A stretch of DNA of 64,000 nucleotides from Paraspadella gotoi (lineage: Eukaryota > Animalia > Chaetognatha). Shown here piece after piece: positions 39,468 to 53,001 of the stretch. The notes beneath the pieces were generated by a model, which did no database searches, was not told the DNA's origin, and saw only the letters and a list, made by a program, of their open reading frames with translations. Both the position numbers and the translations under genes were made by a program. The stretch covers positions 14,279,420 to 14,343,419 of the forward strand of contig CM119268.1 in NCBI GenBank assembly GCA_051294375.1, in the 5' to 3' direction. Position 1 is the first letter of the stretch. Each line of letters starts with the position of its first letter.

Positions 39468-40157
39468 GTGGGTTTCGAGGGAGTTGGGAGGATGTTGGGA
39501 GTGGGGTGGGTGGGGTTGGAGGAGTGAGAGTCAATGGCGGTTTGAGATGTGCTGGTGAAGAGACTGGAGTTCTTCATCCAGAACTATCCCTTTCTGGGCA
39601 GAAGGACGCTTTGGCCCGCCGAAGAGAAACTTTGGGTAATTGGAATTTGGAAAGAGTCAGTTTATGACTCTTGCAACGAGTCTGTGTTCGTCAGTGGAAG
39701 CGTTATATCGTAAAGCCTCGCTGCCTTGTTTCATCGCACTCGTGGTCGTTTGTGATTAAAACCCACGACATACAGGCTATAAGGTGTGGCCAGAATTTTA
39801 TTTTATCAAGAAAATAGCCGTAATATCTCAATGTATTTGATCAGCACTTGCATTAACTGAATTATTTGTCGCTATGATTAATATAGGATTCGCGATTTAG
39901 TAAAAATCAGACGTTTTGTGGTCAACATTTGCATTAATAAGAGCCGAAAAGCGTTAGCAATGATTAGTTTTCGTTGTCTGGATCTGTGGACGCCACACTT
40001 GGTGGCGCGCCGGCCCATGGATCTAGTGGCCACGCCCGCGCCGCGAGGGCAGTCAAATCGATCTCCCGTATCTCTAACCAAAAACAACTCCCTCGAAAAC
40101 CGTCATAAAGGCGTCATAAAAGAAAAACAGCGACAAACAAGCCGTAAAAAATTAGCG

Positions 40158-40234
<77 letters not shown>

Positions 40235-40699
40235 TAAGAGAGAGACACGAGAAAGAGGGTAAGAAAGTGAAAAGAGAAAGACAACGGGGCGTCGAAACGA
40301 TGCATGATGGCGGCCATCCCAAATATGGTTCGAGATGAGATTGAACAGAAGCGATTTTTATGGCGAGTACATCGAATAAACAACATTAACTTGTAATGAC
40401 TAAAAAGGAATGACGAGCGAGGGACTATGTGTGGACTGGAGGCGTCAAAGGCTTTAGCCGAAAGTTGATTATAGAAGGAGGGAACGAAAAGCGGAGAGAG
40501 AATTGCGTAAGAAGAGAAAAAAGAGAGAGAGAGAGAGAGAGAGATAGAGAGAGGGAGAGGGAGAGGGAGCACCGAAATTGTTTTCCAAATACGTTTTTAA
40601 CTCGCTCATACTCGGCACTCACACAATGTTTTGTTCGGGTTTTTCTTTCTTTCTATCTTTCTCTGTTTTTCTTCTGCTCTCTCTCCGGCTCTTTTTTCG

Positions 40700-40741
<42 letters not shown>

Positions 40742-41378
40742 CTGCTTCTAATTTGAGGTTTGGGAAACATTTTTCAGTCCAAAGGAGAAGTTGAGAGATC
40801 GTAATCGCTTCGGCGAGATTAAGGGCGGTTGAGTCGGGGTGGAGAAAAAGTGGGTGCGAGTGGACATGAAAGCCACGCCTCTTACTCGCAGATCCACTTC
40901 ATCAAATAATATTTAATTATAGTTTTACGATTAACAGTTAAGTATTATTACAGTTTCTGTTCCCTAATCCCTAAACGAAACATAATCCCATTAACTCTAA
41001 ACTTAATCCATAACTCTAATTTCCACCTGACGAAATTCCTAACCCTAACCCTTAATCTTCAGACTTAGAGAAACCAATCTATTGACGAACTTAAAAAGAA
41101 AGAATTTATTTTTCAAAAAGTCTTGTTTGCTTGTACACTATACTATTTTCCAGCGGTCGAGGGCGAAAATTCGCAATTTTCTATTTCATTTGTTGTAATA
41201 TGCGAGATGGTGGTAGTGGGTAATTCGTCGCCGTTTCGTGGGCCCAGATGGGTGAGTTTAAGCCCAAAGAAAAAATGGTGGGGTGAGAAAGAATTCTGGG
41301 AGAGGTGGGTTCGAGGGGTGACGTCGGCGGAAGTCGGCCGCACGCTGCCTTTTTCAAAGAAATTGGCAGGGAGTGAAA

Positions 41379-41474
<96 letters not shown>

Positions 41475-41688
41475 GAAATTTCAGTACATCAACCCGGATT
41501 AAAACTCGTAATTCTTTTTCGTACCGTCTCGCGTCTACAACCAAACCACTAAAATACAGTGGAGTCGACTTTTTTTAAAAGTCAATTTAATTTTTTATTT
41601 TTTTACTTATTTTAATTTTTTTCTCTTACGCTTTTTCTAACAAAGATTTATTTCTTCCCCTCTCATTCTCTCCACCCCCTTCCTTCAG

Positions 41689-41912
41689 GTGTCGCAACTC
41701 ACTCAGTTGGATTTGAGTCACATGGGCATCACGCGATGGTGGGTCACCAACGAAAGATGCTCCAATCGATCGCTTGCGTTCGCGCCAACTATTCGCTCAC
41801 GATTCCGGCGACGTCATCAACGGGTTTGCTCAACGACAACAACGGCCTCATGACGTCCCACATGACATCTCGAACATTCCCCCGCCCCGCACGCCAGGGC
41901 TGGCTCGTCTGA
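41689..41912 (+). pseudogene. Eph: Inverted duplicate of Eph last exon 23652-23876, frameshifted
   Basis: TTCAG|GTGTCGCAACTC start, QLFAHDSGDVING readable, ends GGCTGGCTCGTCTGA; multiple indels. Confidence 0.8.
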
Positions 41913-42520
41913 CGCGGCATGACATTCACGACATATTTCCCCCTCCGCCGATCCCCTCCCTGACCGCTCTCCAAATCCGACCCGATCTGAGACGGTGGCG
42001 TGTCTCACGTTCGAAGACTCGACGAGGGTCGACGCGACACTTCGGGTCCGCCTGACACGCGGCGAAGCAACTTAAACGACGACGACGACGACGACGACGA
42101 CGACAACTATTTGACATTTTGTTACAACGATATATTACGCAGAGAAAATCGTCGAAGACGAAGACGAAAACATTCGCGAGACAAGTCCTGTGATAACAAA
42201 ATAAAACGAAAAATGTTGGAGCTCCCCCCCCCCCAAAACCTCACCCCATCCATTCTCTCTTCCCCCCGCCCCCCATCCTCGCCGACTTTTCCCTCTCCGT
42301 TTGCTCTCAGACACAATGCCTGCATTACGTGTACACTCAGCTTACTTTCCTCTTCGGCTCCATCCATCCAGGAAAAGACAAACGAATCTTACCTTTCTCC
42401 AGATCCGAAAAAAAAGAAAGGAAACTATACATACGGACGAAAAAATGCGGAAACTTCGGAAAATTCTACATTTCCATGATCTAAAACAAAAAAAAATCGA
42501 AAATTGTTTCTCTCTCTCTC

Positions 42521-42590
<70 letters not shown>

Positions 42591-43748
42591 CATCTCCCTT
42601 CCCCACTGTGCGTGAAATCGGAAAAAAAATAATCATTATTATTTATTAATTGTTATTTTTTTTTTGCCAACCGCGCTTAGAACGTAGTGTGCTATGAATT
42701 TTTCTCGATTTTACAGCAGAGAAAATGTTTATCTCCCGCGAACGACGGAAAAAGAAAAAAAAAACGAAAAAATCTCAATGAGTTTTTGAGTTTTCTTCTT
42801 TCCGCTATTTTCATTATTTCTAAGTAGAGAATTTTGTACCGAGAATTCCGTGATCGTCGCCCACGGAGACCCAATTTTGTTGTATGGTTGTTTTTTTTTT
42901 AACTTACAAACGTGGAACAGATTTTCATCCTCTGCCCGTATTGTAATATTAAGTTTTTTTTTAGGTATGATTTTATTTTAGTTTAATTCCTCAAAGTGGT
43001 TTTAAAAAAAAATCCCGCTTTGTTCGCTCTTACTACATTATTTAAATTTAAAAAAAAAAATACGAAAAAAACTTAGCGTTTGACTGCAAAAAAAACTCAG
43101 TGAAGATGTCGTCTCCCTTTTTGTTTCTCTTTTTAAAAAGAAAGATGGACCGTTTTATTTGCTCGTTGTGAATTGTTAGAAAAAAAAAGATATTTTCTAT
43201 CGATTTTATTGTCTGACCGACGTCGTTCTCTATTTTTAATCGAAAAAAACAGATAACTTACTAGTGTTGCGCTTTCTCGTGAAAATGTTTTAAACAAAAA
43301 AATAAAAAACTTCATAAAATCGCGTTTTGTTTCAGAAAAGAAAAAACCCCTTTTAGCAAAAGTCATTATAAAAATTACATTGAGTGTATTTCTCGACATC
43401 AATTTCTGGCCTCAATATTTTCCGAAATAGTAATTGATATTAGTGGAGTGGCCGACTTGAGGCCTTTTCTGTTTCCGATGTTTCGATCCCCCCCCTTCCC
43501 ATCTTTGCCCCTTTTACTTTTCCCCTTTTTCTCGCTTTTTGTTATTGTGGTCACGATCCTTGCGTTTTGTTTCTCTAAGTTACTTTATAATTTGGTATTT
43601 TTTTCGTAATAAACCTTCGAAATGTAGAGAATATAGTTTGTTGCGGGTTTTTTTAGCGGGTCAAGTCGTGGTACAAGTTATCTAGCGAGATAGAAAAAAG
43701 AAATAGATAGAAAGTAAGTTTACGGAAAAAGGTGTAATTAAGAAAGAA

Positions 43749-43779
<31 letters not shown>

Positions 43780-44119
43780 AAAGAAGAAAGAAAGAAAGAG
43801 AAAGAAAGAAAGAAAGAAAGAAAGAAAAGAAAAAAAAATTGAGATTAAGAAACAATAGACGAGGGATGAATGAGAGAAAGAAAAGAAAAAGCAAAAAAGA
43901 AAGAAGATAGAATAAGAGAAAAAATAAAGAGAGAAGAAATTTTAAAAAAGACTGACATAAATAGAGAAACAAAGAAATAACCTCAGAAACTCAGCCTGTT
44001 AAATTAAGGGGGATAAATTATCGAGAGTCAAAAAAACATAAAAATTCTAAGAAAAACAAGAAAATGATCGCCGCCTGTGAAGATAGCAACGCGTATGAGA
44101 TAAAACTCTGCCCCCGCAA

Positions 44120-44206
<87 letters not shown>

Positions 44207-44460
44207 TCTCATCTGGGGTTAATTTTCCTTGTGTACTTTTTTAGCCGCTGAAATTCCTTGAATTTCGCTCGATTTTCGCTAAATGTTATTTATGCTTTCA
44301 AAATTCGATCAACGAACGCCGAGGTTTTTTGTTGTTTATTATTTTTTTATTGTTTATCCTTTTTATTTTTTTTTATTTTTTCTTAAAAACATAGTTAATT
44401 TTCTTATCCCGGATTGTCTTAATTGTATAGATAATGTAATAATATTATATTCACTGAGCC

Positions 44461-44532
<72 letters not shown>

Positions 44533-45148
44533 CTATCTATCTATCTATCTATTATCTACTATCTATGTTTCACCTCGCTCTTCATTCCAACTTTCGGGTT
44601 TAGGGCCATGTATTTGCTACTAGAAGCCCTCTGGCGATCTGTTTGCGCAGCTTTGAGTCAGAATGAGAAACGCGATCCGTGACGTCTTGTTTACAAAAAA
44701 AAAAAAAAGAATCGGATGACAATGGCGCCGCCGACAACGACGACGACGACGACGACGGCTACAAAATGTTTTTTTTTTCCTTCCCGGCGAGAAAAGACTT
44801 TGTTTAATTGAAAAAAAAAAGATCTGAGGGACCACCTATGTTTTGGAAGAATGTTCTTCTTTCCTGTTGTTTGGAAGGCGAATGGTGAAGAGTTTTCTTT
44901 TTGCTTCTGAGTCTTGTCTTGGTGAAGTTGTCGTCGTCGTCTTCGTCGTCGTCGTCTTTTATCCTAACCTTAAAGTAGCTTCAACGTGTTAATATACGTA
45001 TAATCTCTGGCAGTTACATTATTTTATGGTCATTTCGTAAATTTCTAAAACTGTAGCTGACACGTCACTATCAAAGGAGACATTACTAACTTTTTTTATC
45101 CAGTGAACAAAGTAAACTAAGTTGAAACTAAAGATGTTCGATTGGGAG

Positions 45149-45220
<72 letters not shown>

Positions 45221-45437
45221 AGAGAGAGAGGAAGAGAAAGAGATAGAGATCAAGCTTCATTCTTTCCCACGAATTTTTATGAAAGTTCAGACTCTCCCAT
45301 CACTGAAAAAAACCTCCCCTCAAAAAAAAGTGGGTCGGAGAAACGAAGCTTCTCGTTTTTATTTTTTTCCGTGAAGAAGTTTTTTTTAAAGAAGTTTTCA
45401 TAAATTTTATGCAAACAAGAATAAATCTCACTCTTAC

Positions 45438-45558
45438 CTTCTCTATTAGTTTGATGACATCCTGGTTGCTCCAGTTCCAATAGGGTCGCTCTCCGTATGA
45501 AACGACTTCCCACATGACAATTCCGTACGACCAAACGTCGGAGGCAGTCGTGAAACGT
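45438..45558 (-). CDS. Eph: Eph kinase exon, intact copy ([40 protein letters not shown])
   Basis: [20 protein letters not shown] motif. Poly-T CAG acceptor and AAG|GTAAGA donor; open frame. Confidence 0.93.
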
Positions 45559-47159
45559 CTGAAAAAAAAAAAAAAAACGGGGAAAAGGAAACTAATTACT
45601 GGTTAAATTACGACTTTAAATTTCCTGACGTTTTACAATTTACATCTTGAGGGATGGACTGGTTTTTAAAACAGTTCTATTCTCTTTTTTTGGTCCAAGG
45701 CTACAGAGATACTGTTACTAATTTTGCTCCTTCCTCTCCTAATTCTAGTCGACGGCAAGTCGGCCCTTGAGATTTTTAGAATATTATTTGTAACAACATT
45801 AAAAAGTCAACCATAGGCAAAAAAAATTACCACAAAAAAACCGACCAGATGCGGCCTTCGTTCAATTTCAAACAAAATAACACGAGAATACAAAAAAGTT
45901 ATTTTGGTTGTCAATAAAAGATAATAAGAATAAACAGTAACTCCCTTCTTTTTGGTCGAATACGATTCGAGAAACCTAATCGGCTGAGGAATGAATTTTT
46001 TTTTTTTTAGAAAAAAAATTATTAAAAAAACATAGAAAAATAAAAAAATCTCGATTCTTTTATTAATAAAAAAAAATTTTCAACGGACCAACCACTATCG
46101 TTATTTTCGGAATGAGTCATTTTCAATCGAATTTAGGAAAAAGTAAACAAAAACTCGAAGATCGAATTAAGAAAGAAAAAAACAACTTTCGAATATTTAA
46201 TCATTGAAACTTTCAATTTAACTTGCACACTCACTCCCATACAACCCCATACATCGCTACCCTAATTTCACAAACCCTTCACAAAACCTCACAAGCCGTG
46301 AGCATCAAAAAACCGAGGGGAAACAAATCTGGAATTCATCTTGTTTTTTCTCACGTTGTAAAAACAATTAGAACCCCACGGAATAGGAACGAATTAAAAA
46401 ACTCACGCACACATATTGGCGCGAGTTTTACGCCCGCGTTTTTTTTTTCAGATGCGTCGTTGCATCTCTAAAGGGGATGTTGTCGTCGTTGGCACGTTTA
46501 CGAAATTATAAAAAATCTTATTTCATAAATAACAAAAAAACATTATTTTCTAATTATTTCTAATTTTTTGCCGAATCTTCGAGCCCTTCATGTTGGACAT
46601 AAAATTAAGAAGCCAAGCTCGATAGACGGAAAGTGGGGAACGTGAAATATTTGGTTCTTTTTTTGACGTTAAATTATTTGTTTTTTCAAAACAATTCGCT
46701 CAACGATCAAAGTCAGGTTATTTCGTTCTTCTTCGCCAGAGAATAAATCCCAGAATTTCGATCAGTTTTGAATTTTAAAATCGTTTACCTCGTTATATAT
46801 CATTGGTGTTATTTTCGTTTGGAGAATCGAGGATCGAAAATGGGGCGAGAGAAGTAATGGGAAGAGAGGGGTAGGTCGGGTAGGAGGGCAATTTGGGTGG
46901 GGGAGGAGAAAACTCATCGCGGGGGAAAAGGAGAGCGGAAAGGATTTAAAAAATCAGTGAAGACATAAGCGACTTAACTCTTTGCTCATTGAATTAGTTC
47001 AGCTTTATATTAAATGTACAAAAGATAAAAAAATCCCAAAAGGAATCGGCTTATTTCTTCGCCTATTATCTTTTGCCGACTTTTGACTTCCTGTAATCTT
47101 CTTGCGAAACAGATTGAATTACTTAAAAATTCTCTCTCTCTCTCTCTCTCTCTCCTCTG

Positions 47160-47210
<51 letters not shown>

Positions 47211-48212
47211 TCTTCTCTCTCTCTCATCTCTCTCTACTCTCTCCTCGTGTGNNNNNNNNNNNNNNNNNNNNNNNNNATTGAATTTACTTAAAAATCTCTC
47301 TCTCTGCTCTTCCTCTCTCTCTCTCTCCTCTCTCTCATCTCTCTCTCTCTCTTCTCTCTCTCCTCTCTCTCTCTCTCTTCTTCTCATCTCTCTACTCTCT
47401 CTCTATTTACCCGTCGAGAGTGAGAGAGAATAAAATTCAATTTCATTTTTTATTTACTCCCCACTTAATTTTTCTCGTCTCAGAAAATTTGTTTTATGGA
47501 GTAATAAATTCTCTTCATTTTTTTTTATTACGTCGCGACAGAAATTAAGGAAGAAGAAAAAACCGAGGGGAAAAAAGAACGAGAGAAGATAAAAGGGCAT
47601 TCGTCGTTTGTCGCGGTTTGTTTGGAGAGATAGAGACAGAGAGAGATACAGACAGAGACAGAGAGAGAGAGGCACAAAAATGAAAATCTTCGAAAAGAAA
47701 ATGAAATAAAATTTGCAAATTCTTCATTTATAAATAAATTTATAACTTTTAATCTGAAAAACTTGGATATCGTAAAAAAATGGATAATTATTTCATTATA
47801 TCCCAAGTTTTTCTTTTCATGTGTTGACCCGTTTATTCCCAATATCTGTCCAATTCTCGCCATCCCCGCCAATCTCCCCATTGTACCCCGAGTTTTTTTG
47901 TCTCTTCGACTGAGTCTCTACGATTCCTCTCGCCCACCCTTCACAACGCTCTCCCGCCCGCCCCCCCCGTCTCCTTTACCATCGCCGTTTCTCTCTCTGG
48001 TTCCTCTCATTTTCGCGGAGCAAAAGAAACTCATAAAAACAACAAGAGGACGAAACCGGAAAAAAAAAGTGACTCGGAAGGAAAAGAGAGGAAGAAATAG
48101 AAGGAAAAAAGATAAAAAAAGAGAAATAAAAAAAGGGGAAAAAAGGGAAAAAAAAGATGGCACTAAACTCCCGAGGGCGTGTGTAAAACGTAAGGAGAGA
48201 AATGAAAAAAGA

Positions 48213-48269
<57 letters not shown>

Positions 48270-48928
48270 GAGAGACAGACGAGACGAAGAGAGAGAGGAG
48301 AGAGAGAATTACTGTTTGGCGAAAAATAAATAAAAAGTAAAGGAGCCAAAACACTCGCGGGTGGAGATTTTATTGTTTTTGGTTTTTTGTTTTGTTTATC
48401 GTAAAAAGGTTGGAGGAATCATGAATTCAGCTTAGCGTTGATTTTGTTTCTTTACATCGGGCGATAAGGAAAACCGTTTCGAGAGCGGCGGCGTGTACAA
48501 CGACAACGACAACGACGACTACGAGCGTTCAACGATCATTTTTTCCTCAAGATTCACGGGCGCCACTCACGTCATTTGTTTGTTTTTTTCTTCTTCTCGA
48601 TCATCAGAGCGAAAAGAAAAGAGTCGAGTTAATAACGAACGATCGAAATGAAGGAAAGAACTAATGAAGGAATTAACGATGGAACCGAATGAACAAAATA
48701 TTGAATAAACTAACGATTCCAACGAAGGAAATAACAAACGATGAAAAAAGCGAAATTCGAATGGGATCCATCGAACGAACGAACGGACTAACAAATGAAC
48801 GAAGTAACAAAGAAACAAAATTCAAACAAGAATGAGAAAGCGACTCATTTTGGGACTCATACAGAATCAATCAATCAATCAATCAATCACCCCCTGAACA
48901 ATCTTCGCTGACCACTCTCTCCACCAAC

Positions 48929-49078
48929 CTGTAAGCGATAGCCTCCGGCGCGGTCCACCTGACGGGGATTTTCCCGCCCTTGGAGGTGTAGGCGATGTCG
49001 CTCGAGTCCGCCTCCATCTCGCGGGAAAGACCGAAGTCCGCCACTTTGCACACGAGGTTCTTGTTCACCAAGATGTTT
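48929..49078 (-). CDS. Eph: Eph kinase exon ([50 protein letters not shown])
   Basis: DFG motif, activation-loop Tyr and [19 protein letters not shown] acceptor and AG|GTTGGT donor; phases match both neighbours. Confidence 0.95.
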
Positions 49079-49969
49079 CTGTGGGGGTAAGAGTGCCCGC
49101 GCCATTTCACAAGATATTAAAAGTCATGGTTATCATGTCAATAAGTCCAGATTATCTGCTACGCCTGTTCTCAACGCTGCATTCCATATTTTTCTTTGTC
49201 CCTTTCAATTGTATTAAATAAAAAAAATTATTTGAGAGAACAATCGGCGTGGAGGATGCTATGGGTAAGCCTTAGTCATCCCCCACTTCACCGGATATGC
49301 AGGTGAATTTTTAAAAATGAGGTTTTATCCACATATTGAGACATTAACACTATAACTATTAGTAACTATATTTTTTTTTATTTTTCTATTACAGATTCTA
49401 TGAATAAAATATGAATAAGCTAACCTTTTTTAAAAAAATATCATACTTTCACCCTAGATATTCAGTCATATCAAAAAAACAAAGAAAAGATTTTGCATTG
49501 CGTATTTTTAGATATCAGCATATTGAAACTATAACGTATCCAAAATTAAAAGAGTTAGTAATAATATCTGGGAGACTCTTGAACAGGTGAATTTTTATGA
49601 CACGGAACAGGTAAACAGTTACGCCATTTTTCATTGGTGTCATTAGGAAAAAACGATTTTAACGTAAAAAAATAATAGAGGAAAATAATCTAACAAAAAT
49701 TAAATTCTTTCCATGTACCCCTTTTTTCCCCCACCCNNNNNNNNNNNNNNNNNNNNNNNNNTGGGAGAGATGAGAGAGAGAGAGCGAGAGAGAGAGAGAA
49801 GAGAGAGAATTGTATTCCGATAAAAAATTGGTGGACAGGGAAAAACGGATTTTAACTAAAAAAGATTAAAATTAATAAGAAATAAATCCTTAACAAAAAT
49901 TAAATCTTCCCATTGCTACCCCTATCTCTTCTCCTTCCTCCCTCTACATCACTCCCCAACCCCCTTCAC

Positions 49970-50160
49970 CTGGCGGCCAGGTCCCTGTGGATGTAGTTCA
50001 TGTCGGCCAAGTAGCGCATCCCGGAGGCGATGCCCCGCAGCATGCCGACGATCTGCAGGATCTGCAGCTTGGCGTCGTTGGCGCGGAGGAATGTGTCGAG
50101 GGACCCGTTCTCCATGAACTCGGTGATGATCATGATGGGTTGACTCTTGGTCACAACGCC
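49970..50160 (-). CDS. Eph: Eph kinase exon ([26 protein letters not shown]...[26 protein letters not shown])
   Basis: Catalytic loop HRDLAAR and Eph-typical MENGSLD / [15 protein letters not shown] acceptor and AG|GTGAAG donor (phase 2). Confidence 0.95.
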
Positions 50161-50291
50161 CTGGGAGATGNNNNNNNNNNNNNNNNNNNNNNNNNNNNNN
50201 NNNNNNNNNNNNNNNNNNNNNNNNNNNNNNNNNNNNNATCAAAACCGAAACCTCGTTTTGGCATCCAACCCTTCCGCCCCCCTTCCCTCAC

Positions 50292-50422
50292 CTGCAGATA
50301 GATAACGTTAGGGTCGTCGAATTGACCCATGACCGAGGCTTCGCTCAAAAAGTCCATCCGTCCCTTTTCCGAGGCGCCCACCTTCAGGGTTTTGATCGCC
50401 ACGGGAACTTCCGTCCCGTTGC
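50292..50422 (-). CDS. Eph: Eph receptor tyrosine kinase exon, kinase subdomains II-IV ([43 protein letters not shown])
   Basis: VAIKTLK catalytic-Lys motif and the Eph-typical DFLSEASxMGQFxxPNVI. TTTTTAG acceptor and CAG|GTGAGG donor; phase 0 into the next exon. Confidence 0.93.
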
Positions 50423-50726
50423 CTAAAAATGGGGAAATGGGGAAATGGGGAAATGGGGAAGGATTGAAATTGGATCGTTGGTCTCAATATTTGCCATTTT
50501 TATTCATTGTAGGATTGAATGACAGAGTTTTTTTGGCTAGGAGCAACTGCTAAAGATTAACCGATAATTTAAAACTAAAAATGGGGAAATGGGGAAATGG
50601 GGTAGGATTGAAATTGGATCGTTGGTCTCAATATTTGCCATTTTTATTCATTGTAGGATTGAATGACAGAGTTTTTTTTTTAAGCTAAGAGAAACTGCTA
50701 AAGATTAACCGATAATTTAAAACTTA
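50423..50726. repeat. ~150-bp tandem duplication abutting an Eph exon acceptor
   Basis: ctaaaaatggggaaatgggg...ggattgaaattggatcgttggtctc...gataatttaaaa occurs twice. Confidence 0.85.
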
Positions 50727-51743
50727 AAATAAAAGAAGAATGAAAGTCATGTTTTTTTTTGTTGTTAAATTTTTTTGTTTTTGTTTCAATGTTTGTGGAG
50801 TTGAATGACCTAAATTTAGTCGAAAGTTTTGCGACTGACAGCAACTACTAATGATTCCGCGTTTTAATTAAAACCTTTTTTTTCCTTCAACAGCTTTTTT
50901 TTTTAAATATTTGATTAGAAGATTGTTTGTTCCCCTAAAGTTTAGTTTAGTTTAGGCTAAACTAAAGGGTCAGTTTGACCGCAAAAAAAAGAGCAATTCA
51001 TCGTTCTCGCTCAATTTGGCGAGAATGAATCCGCGTCAAACGCCGACGTTTCCTCCTCTCCTCAATTCTACCTCCTCTCATTTTCCTTTTAATTTCCCCT
51101 TCATACCCTATTTCCTCCCTTCTTAATATCTCCTCCCTTTTCTAATATCTCTATATTCTATTTCTCATCCCTCCATCGTCTTCCGCTCGCTAATGCGAAT
51201 CTCGTTAAACTCTTCTCTCTCAGTTTTTCATCGATTTATATTCACACTCTCCCCCCNNNNNNNNNNNNNNNNNNNNNNNNNNNNNNNNNNNNNNNNNNNN
51301 NNNNNNNNNNNNNNNNNNNNNNNNNNNNNNNNNNNNNNNNNNNNNNNNNNNNNNNNNNNNNNNNNNNNNNNNNNNNNNNNNNNNNNNNNNNNNNNNNNNN
51401 NNNNNNNNNNNNNNNNNNNNNNNNNNNNNNNNNNNNNNNNNNNNNNNNNNNNNNNNNNNNNNNNNNNNNNNNNNNNNNNNNNNNNNNNNNNNNNNNNNNN
51501 NNNNNNNNNNNNNNNNNNNNNNNCATCTCTCTCGCCACTAATTGCCGTCTGGCGCTCATCCGACTCACCGTTCAGCGCCACCACCGTCTCGATCGTTGTC
51601 GTCGTTGTCGTCGTCGTCGAGGTTGACACTGCTGTCGTTGTGGTTGTTGTTGTTCTAGGGTTATTCTCCGGGTAGGGTTTGGTTCAGTTGTCGTTGTTGT
51701 CGTCCGCTTCCGTTTTTCGTCGTCGACTTCGTCTCTTTTTTTA

Positions 51744-51787
<44 letters not shown>

Positions 51788-53001
51788 ATCGCGTTGTGTC
51801 AGTCATTGATGGCCGTCTGTCGCCTGCACCGCTAAACGTCTGGGTCGAATTTCTACGAATCAGAGAGAGAGAGAGANNNNNNNNNNNNNNNNNNNNNNNN
51901 NNNNNNNNNNNNNNNNNNNNNNNNNNNNNNNNNNNNNNNNNNNNNNNNNNNNNNNNNNNNNNNNNNNNNNNNNNNNNNNNNNNNNNNNNNNNNNNNNNNN
52001 NNNNNNNNNNNNNNNNNNNNNNNNNNNNNNNNNNNNNNNNNNNNNNNNNNNNNNNNNNNNNNNNNNNNNNNNNNNNNNNNNNNNNNNNNNNNNNNNNNNN
52101 NNNNNNNNNNNNNNNNNNNNNNNNNNNNNNNNNNNNNNNNNNNNNNNNNNNNNNNNNNNNNNNNNNNNNNNNNNNNNNNNNNNNNNNNNNNNNNNNNNNN
52201 NNNNNNNNNNNNNNNNNNNNNNNNNNNNNNNNNNNNNNNNNNNNNNNNNNNNNNNNNNNNNNNNNNNNNNNNNNNNNNNNNNNNNNNNNNNNNNNNNNNN
52301 NNNNNNNNNNNNNNNNNNNNNNNNNNNNNNNNNNNNNNNNNNNNNNNNNNNNNNNNNNNNNNNNNNNNNNNNNNNNNNNNNNNNNNNNNNNNNNNNNNNN
52401 NNNNNNNAAATAAAAATATTTATCTCCCTCATCGAAATTATTCTCTTGAAAGAAGTGAAGCAAGAAAAAGAAGATAAGCAGAAAAAGTAGAAAAGCAGAA
52501 AGACAGAAGGACTAAGATAAAAGAAAGAAAGAAAGAAAGAAAGCAAGCAAGCAAGAAAGCAAGCAAGCGACTGGCCAGCTCCCCAAATCGGAATAACTCG
52601 TTTCCCTAACGTCCAGAAACGTCAATCGGAAATCGGTGATCTAGAGTCAAGCGTCACTTTTACGTCACAAATATTGACGTCAGAATCGAGTTATACGAAA
52701 TAGATTTTCTCATTGAATGTCACGAATCGCTTCACTTATAGTACGTACGGACAAAGAATTCGAATTAGGAAATCAAAAAAAAANNNNNNNNNNNNNNNNN
52801 NNNNNNNNNNNNNNNNNNNNNNNNNNNNNNNNNNNNNNNNNNNNNNNNNNNNNNNNNNNNNNNNNNNNNNNNNNNNNNNNNNNNNNNNNNNNNNNNNNNN
52901 NNNNNNNNNNNNNNNNNNNNNNNNNNNNNNNNNNNNNNNNNNNNNNNNNNNNNNNNNNNNNNNNNNNNNNNNNNNNNNNNNNNNNNNNNNNNNNACGCGC
53001 C

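Larger units (their letters stand above)
36874..45426. repeat. ~8.5-kb inverted duplicate of ~20112-28546
   Basis: Colinear reverse-complement match along its length (e.g. 45397-45426 vs 20112-20140; 36960-37140 vs 28279-28460); differences are mostly 1-nt indels. Confidence 0.92.
45427..49934. repeat. Direct duplicate of ~28547-36560 with three presence/absence differences
   Basis: Colinear match. It lacks ~29905-30138 and ~30955-35028, and has extra ~49096-49736. Confidence 0.9.

Noticed and set aside
37505-41912. A second functional, convergent Eph paralogue
   Set aside because: Introns are nearly identical to copy 1, every exon is frameshifted by random indels and no upstream exons exist in that orientation.
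51679-52546. Long ORFs spanning N runs
   Set aside because: Their length comes from assembly gaps.
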